A DNA stretch of 64,000 nt from Parcubacteria group bacterium Gr01-1014_13 (GTDB lineage Bacteria; Patescibacteriota; Patescibacteriia; Magasanikbacterales; GWA2-37-8), in the NCBI GenBank assembly GCA_007376295.1, contig VMGB01000001.1:285969-349968 (forward strand), read 5' to 3'. Shown here one piece after another: positions 31,657 through 41,024 of the stretch (position 1 is the first letter of the stretch; every line of letters starts with the position of its first letter). The position numbers and the translations under genes are program-made. The notes below the pieces were generated by a model. The model did no database searches, was not told the origin of the DNA, and saw only the letters and a program-made list of their open reading frames with translations.

Positions 31657-33009
31657 TTACTGCTTGAAAAGTTTCTCTATCTTCTTATTTGCAAAATAAT
31701 GAAGTTTTCTACCAACCTGTTTAATATCCAAAAAACCTAGGGCAGCAAGCTTCTTTAAATCTTGAGTGGCAGTTTTACGTGTTATCTGATTAATACTTGA
31801 ATGAATCTTAATTGAAGTCCTTGCTTCTGAATCACCATGTAAGTACTGCAACAAACGAATTTGACGATCGTTTAAATCATAATTAGTTCGTACAACTTTG
31901 TTCATTACTTTATTAGCTTCAGTTTGCTCATGAAGATAGGTCTTAAACTCTTTCACTGCCATTTTAATTTTTGCAATATTGTAATCAATAAAATAAGTTA
32001 AATCATTATCGTCTTGTTCAGAATAAACATAAGCCATCGAATACTGTTTGGGTGATTTTTTTATAATCTTTGAAATCGGCAAATATGCAAAGGCCCAGTA
32101 CCCATTCTTTAACAAATACCAATAAAATAATAAACGCGCTAATCGCCCATTTCCATCTGTAAATGGATGTAGATAAGCTATCCAGAAGTGAATCATTATA
32201 GCCTTTACAATAGGGTGTATGAATGAATCGTCTAACTCATCGTTAGCAAATTTTACAAATCGTTCTAACTCTTCCTTTACAAAATCAATATCAGGTGCTT
32301 TGTGATAAATAATCCCTGTAGTTCTATCCACTACAAAAATATCCTCGCCCTTATTACGCAAACGTGGGACCTCACCTTCAGGAGTTAGAGTGTCTTTGGT
32401 GATGGACCCATGAAGTTCATATAATAAACTAAGGCTCATTTTTTTATCTTTATAACCATCTTCAATGGCTTTCATTGAAAGATAATTATTCAAGATCATT
32501 TTTTCTGATTCATTTCGTGGTTTTCTTCCTTCTCGCAAAAATTGTTTTGCTAATCTTCTACTAGTACTAGCTCCTTCAAGCTGAGAAGAGGCTATCGCTT
32601 CTTCCATAACACCTCTAGAAATTAATTTTTGTTTTGTTGCTTTATCGAAATCAGATTTCAAAACAAAAAGCTCGCCTCCTGTATTCATATCTACTTCGTG
32701 GAAGAATTTTTCTAATTGTGGTAATTTTAACCACGTAAAAAAACCACCCTTCTCATTCTTTATGATGGTATTTATTGATGTGATATGTCGCATCATTTTG
32801 ACTGTCTGCCAAAGCTCCTCTTTAGTAAGGTCTTTATTAGGCAGTGGTTCTTTATATTTAACTTTATCCCAAAACAAATAATCGGGCTCATTTAAACTAT
32901 CAATGAAACCGCGCAACTTTTGCCCTTCTGAATTAAAGAGGGCTTCCGTTACTTTTTTAACATCTATGTTCTTTAAATTTGGCTTATCTAAGCTAAAATA
33001 CTCTGACAT
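31657..33009 (-). CDS. Fic family protein (class II) with C-terminal wHTH
   Basis: HPFTDGNGRLAR catalytic motif, SSQLEG inhibitory motif, TRKTATQDLKKL HTH. Confidence 0.93.
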   Translation of the reverse strand: MSEYFSLDKPNLKNIDVKKVTEALFNSEGQKLRGFIDSLNEPDYLFWDKVKYKEPLPNKDLTKEELWQTVKMMRHITSINTIIKNEKGGFFTWLKLPQLEKFFHEVDMNTGGELFVLKSDFDKATKQKLISRGVMEEAIASSQLEGASTSRRLAKQFLREGRKPRNESEKMILNNYLSMKAIEDGYKDKKMSLSLLYELHGSITKDTLTPEGEVPRLRNKGEDIFVVDRTTGIIYHKAPDIDFVKEELERFVKFANDELDDSFIHPIVKAIMIHFWIAYLHPFTDGNGRLARLLFYWYLLKNGYWAFAYLPISKIIKKSPKQYSMAYVYSEQDDNDLTYFIDYNIAKIKMAVKEFKTYLHEQTEANKVMNKVVRTNYDLNDRQIRLLQYLHGDSEARTSIKIHSSINQITRKTATQDLKKLAALGFLDIKQVGRKLHYFANKKIEKLFKQ

Positions 33010-33011
33010 AT

Positions 33012-33102
33012 TGGGTAATTACACATTAATTATACATATATTACACATATCCTATATATTTGTCAAATTATGGGTAATTACCCATTAATTATACATATAT
33101 TA
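33012..33102. promoter_or_regulatory. Two 32-bp direct repeats containing TGGGTAATTACCCA-type palindromes around the fic promoter
   Basis: 33012-33043 and 33071-33102 are 31/32 identical; minus-strand TTGACA (33066-33061) - 17 bp - TAATAT. Confidence 0.75.
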
Positions 33103-33270
33103 TACCATAATATTTTTAATCCATCCATGGCGCCTTCTGGGCATCTAAAGTCCCTTTTCTTGTCCAAAAACCCTAAAAACCCCAAAATCATTTTGGCTAA
33201 TCTTAGCGCAACATAGACACTGTTCCGGTCCTTCGAATCCAAACCTCGGAACAATTAAATTAAACTTGAA

Positions 33271-33723
33271 TTACTCAACTGGAATATCAAAATGGTAAAC
33301 ATCTTCTTTTGTCCCCAAAGACTTATATAGCTTTATGGCTGGCATATCACCGTGATCAGCCTGAACAAAAATTATATAGGCACCCCGCTCTTTAGCGATT
33401 TGTTTAAGATTTTTTATTAATTGAGTAGCCAGCCCTTTCCGACGATGAAGTTCTATGACTGCCAAATCATAAATATATATTTCTTTTCTTTTTTGTTCAA
33501 ATTTTTCTAATTCATAGGCAACTAAGCCACCCACAACTTCATTTTCGTATAAAGCCGCCAAAACAATAAAATTAGACTTACCCAACAACGATACTAGGTA
33601 CTGATCGTCGGGAACAGACCTTTGATACGTTTCTACGTCCTGAAATGCTTCACCAAAAACTTTAAGCAGTTGCTTAAAATGGTTTAAATCAGTATTGCTA
33701 AGTTGCTTAAAAGAATAAGTCAT
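33271..33723 (-). CDS. AAC(3)-I-like aminoglycoside N-acetyltransferase (GNAT)
   Basis: VVGGLVAYELEKFEQKRKEIYIYDLAV...HRRKG...GAYIIFVQADHGDMPAIKLY...VYHFDI parallels AAC(3)-I. Confidence 0.85.
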   Translation of the reverse strand: MTYSFKQLSNTDLNHFKQLLKVFGEAFQDVETYQRSVPDDQYLVSLLGKSNFIVLAALYENEVVGGLVAYELEKFEQKRKEIYIYDLAVIELHRRKGLATQLIKNLKQIAKERGAYIIFVQADHGDMPAIKLYKSLGTKEDVYHFDIPVE

Positions 33724-33729
33724 TGGTAT

Positions 33730-34485
33730 TTAAACCTTCCTCCCCTCCAAAAATAAAAACAAAGGAAATTCTTTTCTAGCTTTGTCTTCGGCTGTAAAAC
33801 GCGGACCGCGAGTTGGTTCGCGATGCGAAATCCATTCTTCCAGTTTGGCTACGGCAAAACCATTTTTTCGAAGCATTTTAAAATACCATTGTAGTGAACG
33901 GTGAAAAGAAACTGTCTTTTCTGATTTCTTTTTTCCTGGATGCATATCTATTTCTGTTTGAAATTCAGATAAATATGCGTCCATGCGACGGTGCTGAACT
34001 TTTTCCTTTTCATCCCATTGCCAACTGGAAACTTTTGGCGCTCGGAAGGCTGGATGATTGATTACTAAAAATATACTACCTGTATCTTTCAAAACTCTGG
34101 CACACTCAGCCAAAACACCATCCACATTTTTTATATTCTGCAAAGCTAAAATTATTGTAATTGCGTCCACAGATTTATCTGGGCAAAATTTAATACTGTC
34201 TGCCGGAGATACATGGTATTCCACATTTCTCGTTTCATGTTGTTTGGCTATCTTTATTAATTCAGGTGAAATATCTGAAGCAATAACTTTAGCCCCGCTT
34301 TGGCTAAAAATACGGGCAAAAAATCCTTGGCCGCAAGCCAAATCCAAAACAACTTGGTTTTTACCCAAATTCATAGACCGAACCAAGTTTGGCAAGATAA
34401 CTTTCTGCTGAAAAGAATCATCGTCTTTTTCTAGCATGTTATCGTACCAACTCGCCACTTTACCCCAAGAAGTTGCTTTTTTCAT
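33730..34485 (-). CDS. Class I SAM-dependent methyltransferase
   Basis: VLDLACGQG motif I, NHPAFR, EFPLFL. Confidence 0.9.
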   Translation of the reverse strand: MKKATSWGKVASWYDNMLEKDDDSFQQKVILPNLVRSMNLGKNQVVLDLACGQGFFARIFSQSGAKVIASDISPELIKIAKQHETRNVEYHVSPADSIKFCPDKSVDAITIILALQNIKNVDGVLAECARVLKDTGSIFLVINHPAFRAPKVSSWQWDEKEKVQHRRMDAYLSEFQTEIDMHPGKKKSEKTVSFHRSLQWYFKMLRKNGFAVAKLEEWISHREPTRGPRFTAEDKARKEFPLFLFLEGRKV

Positions 34486-34565
34486 GCGTGTAGTTTAGCG
34501 AAAAAGAGGCGTTTGGTCAACCGGCCAGACTTGCAAAATAAGGGAAAAAGTGATAGTATTTCGGT

Positions 34566-35417
34566 ATGTCAAATATTATAGACGGCAAAACTATTGCAGC
34601 AAAGATAGAAAATGAGACCGCCAAACAGGTGGCTATTTTGAAAACCAAAGGTATTACGCCTAAACTGGCCGTTGTTTTGGTGGGCGAAGACAGACCATCA
34701 AGAATTTACATAAAAAGAAAAAAAGAAGCGGCGCAGCGTGTGGGTATTAATTTTGAGCTGCACGAACTTCCCGAAAATATCTCTAAAGAAGGACTGATAG
34801 AAGCGGTAAACAAAATCCAGACAGACCCCCTGCTCACAGGGCTAATAATCCAGCTTCCCTTACCTGAACATCTTTATGTACCAGAAGTTCTTAATGCAAT
34901 AAACACTGATATAGATGTAGATTGTTTGACCGACTGCAATATTGGCAAACTGGTAATGAAGACGAATCTAATAGAACCACCTACTCCTTGGGCAGTAGTG
35001 AAAACTTTAAAAGAAATTAATTTTGATTTAACTGGAAAAAACGCGGTAATTATCGGCGCTGGCGCGCTGGTTGGAAAACCGCTGGCCATAATGCTGGTAA
35101 ACGAGCTGGCGAGTGTCACCACCTGCAATAGCCGCACCAAAGATATAAAAGATAAATGCTTAAAAGCTGATGTGATTGTTTGCGCTGTAGGCAAGAATAA
35201 CCTGCTTACTGCCGATATGGTAAAAAAAGGAACAGTCGTGATAGACACCGGCATAGTTTATACTGATGGCAAAATGCATGGTGATGTTGATTTTATACCA
35301 GTTTCCAAAAAAGCTAGCTTCATTACCCCTACTCCGGGCGGTATCGGCCCTATCACTGTAGCTAAACTTCTTCTAAATACAGTGATTTGCGCGGAAAAGA
35401 AAAACAGGATACTATAA
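34566..35417 (+). CDS. folD: Methylenetetrahydrofolate dehydrogenase/cyclohydrolase
   Basis: IIDGK, QLPLP, DVD, VGKP and TPTPGGIGP motifs. Confidence 0.96.
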   Translation: MSNIIDGKTIAAKIENETAKQVAILKTKGITPKLAVVLVGEDRPSRIYIKRKKEAAQRVGINFELHELPENISKEGLIEAVNKIQTDPLLTGLIIQLPLPEHLYVPEVLNAINTDIDVDCLTDCNIGKLVMKTNLIEPPTPWAVVKTLKEINFDLTGKNAVIIGAGALVGKPLAIMLVNELASVTTCNSRTKDIKDKCLKADVIVCAVGKNNLLTADMVKKGTVVIDTGIVYTDGKMHGDVDFIPVSKKASFITPTPGGIGPITVAKLLLNTVICAEKKNRIL

Positions 35418-35463
35418 CTATATACACAATTTTCTTCTTTAACCTCAAACAAGGGAGGTGGTC

Positions 35464-35646
35464 ATGACGGCGTACGACTTGCCTTCTTCTTGTTCTAAGA
35501 AAGACTGTGATGGTGAGCTTGTTTTCATTGATGGCAACAATGTACAAACTCGCTTAAAATGCAATGAGTGTGGCCGGCTACACACTCTAAGAGTATCTCG
35601 TTTGGAATATTTCAAACTTTTGGCAGAACAAGAAAAATTGCTTTAG
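35464..35646 (+). CDS. Small zinc-ribbon-like protein
   Basis: CSKKDC...CNECG; GGGAGG SD. Confidence 0.6.
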   Translation: MTAYDLPSSCSKKDCDGELVFIDGNNVQTRLKCNECGRLHTLRVSRLEYFKLLAEQEKLL

Positions 35647-35669
35647 CCCGAAAGAAAAAGGAGTAAACC

Positions 35670-35843
35670 ATGAAGGCCAAAAATCCCGGCCCTCAGCTTA
35701 TGGATTGTGAAATATGCGGGAAAAAAACTGTTCATGATTTCTCTCTAGATTTAGACGAGAAGTTGAACAAACTGCGCACTTGGACCTGCCATCATTGCAA
35801 GAATCGTATTTCTACGCCTGATGGCAAATTCGAGCCAAATTAA
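35670..35843 (+). CDS. Small zinc-ribbon-like protein (57 aa, not in ORF track)
   Basis: Hand-translated MKAKNPGPQLMDCEICGKKTVH...WTCHHCKNRISTPDGKFEPN; AAGGAG SD; hairpin at 35845-35875. Confidence 0.7.
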   Translation: MKAKNPGPQLMDCEICGKKTVHDFSLDLDEKLNKLRTWTCHHCKNRISTPDGKFEPN

Positions 35844-35888
35844 AAGAGTTGACGGTTAATTTAAACCGTCAACTCTAATATTTACAAA

Positions 35889-37298
35889 TTAAGCGTAAGG
35901 TAATTCCGCAGGAGGCGTTTCTTCTTCCTCTGCAGCTTCTGGCAGTGCTTCCTGAACTTTTCTGCGCAGCGGACTTTCAGTCATTTCTTCTATAGGTAAA
36001 TTAATAGGCGGCTCAGCTCTCTTGCTGGCTGTTTTTTGTAATAGCGGAGTTTTAACCAACGGCAATGGGAAGTGCCACAGAGTGGCCAGTTCCTGAATAT
36101 TTAAAATATATGGATTATGACCAATTTTAATTTTTCTTTTCTTGTACGCACTGACAAATTTTTTCTTTATTTCCAAAATACGGTAATTTTTAAATGCATA
36201 ATGCGCCGTGGTGGCTGCCACCGGGACAATAGCATTACGTCCTGCATAATCAAATTGATTTAGGGATCCGACAAAGCCATCCAAACAACGGCTAGGGTTA
36301 AATACCTCCTTAGGCGCGGCATACAAAACCCGGCATTTCGTTTTGAATCCAATTTTGGAAATTTTTTCTTCTATCGCCGCTATGGTATCCCTCACTCCAG
36401 GAGTTAAATCCGAGAGTTTGCCGGGCATTTCTTCTTTTTTCTTGGCCGGACCTTCTTCACTTGGTGACTGAACCGCCTTTAAAAGCTCGTTAAACAAACT
36501 ATTTAATAGTTTAAATAGAAAAAATGGCTGGGACGTATCCTTTTTATTTTCAATAATTTTTTTGACTAACTCTATACCATTAGCTTTCCATTTACTAGAG
36601 GTTGGTTCGATAATAATCTGAAACCAAAGATTTTCTCCGGTACTGATACGGGTAAAATTTTCTAATATAGAGGCCATGGGATCATGAAACATCGCGTCCT
36701 TGCTAATATTGTGTTCAAATTCCGAATAAGTTCGGATCGGATATGGATCCGGAGCAGCCAAACCAAACTCCAAACCAAACATTTCGTGTGTTTCGTTGGG
36801 ATATGCTGTGGGAATACCGTCGACATAATCCTCTACTTCGGTAATTTCAGCCATCGGATACTGAGCATAAACTGCCGCCTCTACTAAATCCCGGTAAGTA
36901 GCTTCGGTAAAAATTAAAAATTGAATATAGCCTTCGAGGCTGATAATTTCCAAACTAAACCATCTTTGTTTTACACCCTGCCAATACTTTTGACCAAAAT
37001 TTGGTTCGAAAAGCGCCCCGCTCAGGTGGGCAAAAATTTGTTCCACTGCTTTTGGACTTTGAATAGTGTCTGGAGGCACATCTACGGCCAGAACAACCCA
37101 TTCCCAATTGCTTGTATATTTGTTCTGCCGGAGATTTACCCAAAGCTGGGCCCCCATGAAAAAAAATATCAAAGCCAAAACAGCCCACCCGACAATAGCA
37201 AAAATTACCCAAGCCATTTGTCCGGTAGGAAGGGTGAGGATTGTGTTCCAAAAAGAAAAATCAACAATAATGCCAAATGGTAATTCGGTGCCCGGCAT
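35889..37298 (-). CDS. Membrane protein homologous to the N-terminal domain of the VirD4-like ATPase (no ATPase domain)
   Basis: SLEIISLEG, AQYPMAEITE and ELATLWHFP match SFEIVVKDS, AQYPHAEITE and EMASLWHLP in 26371..28926. Confidence 0.8.
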   Translation of the reverse strand: MPGTELPFGIIVDFSFWNTILTLPTGQMAWVIFAIVGWAVLALIFFFMGAQLWVNLRQNKYTSNWEWVVLAVDVPPDTIQSPKAVEQIFAHLSGALFEPNFGQKYWQGVKQRWFSLEIISLEGYIQFLIFTEATYRDLVEAAVYAQYPMAEITEVEDYVDGIPTAYPNETHEMFGLEFGLAAPDPYPIRTYSEFEHNISKDAMFHDPMASILENFTRISTGENLWFQIIIEPTSSKWKANGIELVKKIIENKKDTSQPFFLFKLLNSLFNELLKAVQSPSEEGPAKKKEEMPGKLSDLTPGVRDTIAAIEEKISKIGFKTKCRVLYAAPKEVFNPSRCLDGFVGSLNQFDYAGRNAIVPVAATTAHYAFKNYRILEIKKKFVSAYKKRKIKIGHNPYILNIQELATLWHFPLPLVKTPLLQKTASKRAEPPINLPIEEMTESPLRRKVQEALPEAAEEEETPPAELPYA

Positions 37299-37300
37299 AG

Positions 37301-37462
37301 TTACTTTTTAAGGATACTAAATACTCCGCCGTAAATTATCAGAACGCCAAATATCGTCCACCACCAACCAAATTGGCTGGAGATCCAACCGCTATAATAA
37401 GCGAAAGAACAAATAAGGGCGGCGCATAGCGCCACCATATGTCGAATAGCATTATCGGACAT
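37301..37462 (-). CDS. Small 2-TM membrane protein (53 aa, not in ORF track)
   Basis: Hand-translated MSDNAIRHMVALCAALICSFAYYSGWISSQFGWWWTIFGVLIIYGGVFSILKK; stop 2 nt before the next start. Confidence 0.65.
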   Translation of the reverse strand: MSDNAIRHMVALCAALICSFAYYSGWISSQFGWWWTIFGVLIIYGGVFSILKK

Positions 37463-37567
37463 AAATATTTTTTAAATCTAAATACTTGAACCTATTATAT
37501 CATATTAATCCCAAAAACAAAACCCACCTGTAAGGCGGGTTTTGTAATAAAATAAAGTATTTTTTGA

Positions 37568-38482
37568 TTAAGCTCGGTGACGTTCTTGCCATCTATAGAT
37601 CTGTACTAGTAGCGGGCTGGCAATAAATATGGAAGCAACTGTGCTAAGCGCCATGCCTAATATTAAAGCGAGGACGAAATAGTGAACTGTTGGCCCGCCA
37701 AAGAAATAAAGGGCAAACAAAGGCAACAGCACGGCAAAAACAGTGTTAATGGAGCGGGCTAAGGTTTCATTCAAACCAGTATTTACAAGCGCTGGAAAAT
37801 CATCCACGTTGTGTTTTAAGAGTCTTTCACGAATACGGTCATATACAACGATGCTATCATTTACAGAGTAGCCTAACACTGTCAAAATTGCTACTACAAA
37901 GGCTATATCCACCTCTACCCCCTTAAACCGACCAAGAGCCGCAAAAATACCCACAACAACTACCACGACATAAAAAAGAGTCGCGATAGCCACCAGACCA
38001 TATTTCCAGCTGGCAATGGGGTGCGAAACACTGCGAAACGCAAAAGCGAGATAAATAATAATACTTCCACTCACAAACAGAGCTGCCCATAATGAACGGT
38101 CCCGGAGTTGTTTACTCACCGCGCCTCCGATTGTTTCAAACCGATCCTCGATAACCTTGTTATCTTCAGTCTGGAAACTTTTTTCAACTCCTTTGATAAG
38201 CACCTGATGTTCGTCTTCAGACAAAAATCCGGTGCGTATAATCATTCTATTATCTTCACTTTTTTGAATCACAGCCTGCTTGATGCCAATTTTACCAAGC
38301 GCTTGTTCCATTTCTTCAGATGCAGGACGTTGCTTTGAAAAAGAAAGCTCAACAAGCGATCCGCCGGTAAAATCAATGCCCGGTTTTAATCCCCACATAA
38401 GGATCAGAACAATAGACACTGCGGTGGAAATAGCTCCGATAGCAAGCCAAACTTTGGAATATTTAATAAAAGGAATTTGCAT
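37568..38482 (-). CDS. secF: Protein translocase subunit SecF
   Basis: GIDFTGG, GYSVNDSIVVYDRIRE and TLARSINT motifs; start moved to ATG 38482. Confidence 0.96.
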   Translation of the reverse strand: MQIPFIKYSKVWLAIGAISTAVSIVLILMWGLKPGIDFTGGSLVELSFSKQRPASEEMEQALGKIGIKQAVIQKSEDNRMIIRTGFLSEDEHQVLIKGVEKSFQTEDNKVIEDRFETIGGAVSKQLRDRSLWAALFVSGSIIIYLAFAFRSVSHPIASWKYGLVAIATLFYVVVVVVGIFAALGRFKGVEVDIAFVVAILTVLGYSVNDSIVVYDRIRERLLKHNVDDFPALVNTGLNETLARSINTVFAVLLPLFALYFFGGPTVHYFVLALILGMALSTVASIFIASPLLVQIYRWQERHRA

Positions 38483-38483
38483 A

Positions 38484-40238
38484 CTATTTAATTTCATTTT
38501 TAGTTTCTTGACGCGTATATCCCAAAATAAATATATTACCGCGTTCAGACAGCCAACCAAACACCAAGCGCATTATAGTTCGTGTTACGGTAATGGCGGT
38601 GAAAAGATTGATGAGTGTACCAAATGCCAAAACAGTGGCAAATCCCTGAATAAATCCGCTGCCAAACCAGATTAAAAACACACAGCTAATTAGAGCGGTA
38701 ATATGGCTATCACGAATAGACGGCCAGGCCCGCAAGAACGCTTCTTCCATGGCGACGCGAAGACTTTTACCAAGCCTTAATTCCTCCTTCAGACGTTCAA
38801 ATACCAACACGTTGGCATCAACAGCCATACCAATGGAAAGGATTAAACCGGCAATACCGGAAAGAGTAAGGGTAACGCCGAGAATTTTAAACAAAGCAAG
38901 GTTAAGCACCGCATACACGCCAAGAGAAAATACCGAAAGAAGCCCGGGCAAACGATAATAGAGAGTCATGAACATCATAACCAACAATAAGCCTACCAGA
39001 CCGGCTTTAAGGCTTTTTTGTAAAGAATCAGCACCTAAAGTGGCATCAACTTTTTGCTGGCTGATTAAATCAACCGGCACCGGCAAAGCACCGGAATTTA
39101 AACGTTGAGCCAAAAGTCTGGCTTCTTGTATCGAGAAACTGCCAGAAATTACCGCGCTACCGGTTAAGATAGGTTCATTGACCACTGGGATACTAACAGG
39201 TGTCCCGTCCAAAAATATAGCTACCGGCTTGCCAACATTACGTTTGGTTAAATCGGCAAACATCTGCGTGCCTTCGTCGTTAAATTGCAAAGCCACCTGC
39301 ACTTGTCCAGTGCGAGTATCTTGACTTACTTCTGTTCTTTTAAGTTGTTTGCCGGACAAACCGGAACTCTTCCACTGTTCAGCCGGAGGTACGATATCTA
39401 CAGGTCGTTTTGTTTTTATAAAAATTCTGGCGATATTATATATCTTGGTAGAAGTAACCGGTCCTTCCATATCCTGCGCGGAAATTCTTTTGATAATATT
39501 CAACCCATCAAAACTTTTGATTAATTCCTTGCTTACTTCGCCGTCTTTGTGAGTACTGGCCCATTTATAAAATTCAGGGAAAACTTTGTCATCGATAAAA
39601 CCTAAAACACCCGCATTCTTTTTACTTTGTTCTTCTTCAGAATATTCAGCTACCGCTGAGTCAAATGCCATACCTTTATTTACAGCCAGAATAGCAGCAT
39701 TTGCTTTGGTTTGCGCTTTAGCGTTAAACTCATTCAGTTCTTTTGTTTCCGCAGCTGTAAGGGGTCTTAGCGGTTTGTCATCCTCTTCTTTAAATTCTAA
39801 AATTGGAGTCTCACCAATCATTTTTATAGCCTGATTGACATCAGTAATACCTGGCAATTCCACAATTATTCGGTAATCATTATTAACCTTGGTTGTCTGC
39901 ACCAAAGGCTCAGAAACACCTAAGCCGCCTCGTACCCGGCGTTCAATGACATCGCGCACGCCTTCTACGGAGCTGGCTCTGTCGCTGTCAGGTATGGACT
40001 CAACTTTGGCTTGATAAATTAAGTGCGCGCCACCCTGTAAATCTAATCCTAAATTAAATCCAGATGCGGGAAAATTCGGCAGACCTAGATTTGCTTTTTT
40101 ATTTACCCAGTCGATGCCTTTGTTGGCATAAGTAGGAAATACCATTAACAAACAAAAAGCAGCTAATAAAAAAATAGAGAAAACGCGCCATTTTAATTTT
40201 TCTCTGGAAAGAGGTTTTATTTGTTTTCGTAAGGCCAT
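38484..40238 (-). CDS. secD: Protein translocase subunit SecD with an inserted parvulin-like segment
   Basis: LGLDLQGG, LNSGALPV and IGMAVDANVLVFER motifs. Confidence 0.96.
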   Translation of the reverse strand: MALRKQIKPLSREKLKWRVFSIFLLAAFCLLMVFPTYANKGIDWVNKKANLGLPNFPASGFNLGLDLQGGAHLIYQAKVESIPDSDRASSVEGVRDVIERRVRGGLGVSEPLVQTTKVNNDYRIIVELPGITDVNQAIKMIGETPILEFKEEDDKPLRPLTAAETKELNEFNAKAQTKANAAILAVNKGMAFDSAVAEYSEEEQSKKNAGVLGFIDDKVFPEFYKWASTHKDGEVSKELIKSFDGLNIIKRISAQDMEGPVTSTKIYNIARIFIKTKRPVDIVPPAEQWKSSGLSGKQLKRTEVSQDTRTGQVQVALQFNDEGTQMFADLTKRNVGKPVAIFLDGTPVSIPVVNEPILTGSAVISGSFSIQEARLLAQRLNSGALPVPVDLISQQKVDATLGADSLQKSLKAGLVGLLLVMMFMTLYYRLPGLLSVFSLGVYAVLNLALFKILGVTLTLSGIAGLILSIGMAVDANVLVFERLKEELRLGKSLRVAMEEAFLRAWPSIRDSHITALISCVFLIWFGSGFIQGFATVLAFGTLINLFTAITVTRTIMRLVFGWLSERGNIFILGYTRQETKNEIK

Positions 40239-40327
40239 ACTTATGAATCTTGAAGTGAATTATGCGTTAGGAAATTTGCTCTAATCTTAATGTATTTCTC
40301 TAATTTTGGCAAGGGGATAAAATAAGG

Positions 40328-40543
40328 CTATAAATCGCCAATATATTCAAACCGAGGCATTGTCTTGCCGTCTACTTCTACATTTTCGGTAAATACAGCC
40401 AGCGGACGCACCCATAAGCTATACTCACTTTTATAAAGCGGACGATATATTACCACATCTTCCAAAGTGGCTTCGATTTTACCAACACCAATTACTTCGT
40501 AATCCTTACCTTTATAATGTCTGTATTTTCCTGGTTTTAACAT
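40328..40543 (-). CDS. DUF1653 domain protein
   Basis: GKYRHYKGKDYEV...VIYRPLY...WVRP...RF. Confidence 0.92.
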   Translation of the reverse strand: MLKPGKYRHYKGKDYEVIGVGKIEATLEDVVIYRPLYKSEYSLWVRPLAVFTENVEVDGKTMPRFEYIGDL

Positions 40544-40614
40544 ATATACACTTTACATTGACTAGCTGCGGTTAATTATATATTATTGATACAAACTCAA
40601 CAAGGAAAATTTCC

Positions 40615-40857
40615 ATGGAAGACCCACCGCGACTTGAATCTCACTACGGATCTATGGTTTGGACAAACCCAACCACTGAAACTATACGCAAAAAGGAGTG
40701 TTTGTGCCACAACTGCGATAACCTTAAGCCTGACCAACCGGATAACTGCTCCAAGGCAGAAGCACTTTTCCAAATTATTAAACGCGAAAATGTGGCACTC
40801 ATAATTACACGGTGTCCGGCTTGGAAACCGAAAAAGGAAGCAACATGCGTTGGCTAG
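40615..40857 (+). CDS. Small Cys-rich hypothetical protein
   Basis: CLCHNC...C...CP; own TTGACT promoter and AAGGA SD. Confidence 0.6.
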   Translation: MEDPPRLESHYGSMVWTNPTTETIRKKECLCHNCDNLKPDQPDNCSKAEALFQIIKRENVALIITRCPAWKPKKEATCVG

Positions 40858-41018
40858 TCAATTACATCCGTTCTATTTTTTGTAAGCATGAGTGGGAACG
40901 GGAGGATTTTATAGTCAAGATTTTAGATAGTATCTATCAGGATGAAAAACGTTTGTTCGTATCAGCTACCTGTAAGAAATGTGGCTGGCACAAATCATAC
41001 CAGAAGATAAATACATAG
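40845..41018 (+). CDS. Small phage-like Zn-finger protein
   Basis: IFCKHEWE...CKKCG; start moved to ATG 40845 behind AAGGA. Confidence 0.6.
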   Translation: MRWLVNYIRSIFCKHEWEREDFIVKILDSIYQDEKRLFVSATCKKCGWHKSYQKINT

Positions 41019-41024
41019 GAAACA

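Larger units (their letters stand above)
31435..33255. mobile_element. Mini genomic island at tRNA-Gln bounded by 24-bp direct repeats
   Basis: TTCGAATCCAAGCCTCGGAACAAT (31435-31458) and TTCGAATCCAAACCTCGGAACAAT (33232-33255); contains only the Fic gene. Confidence 0.8.
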
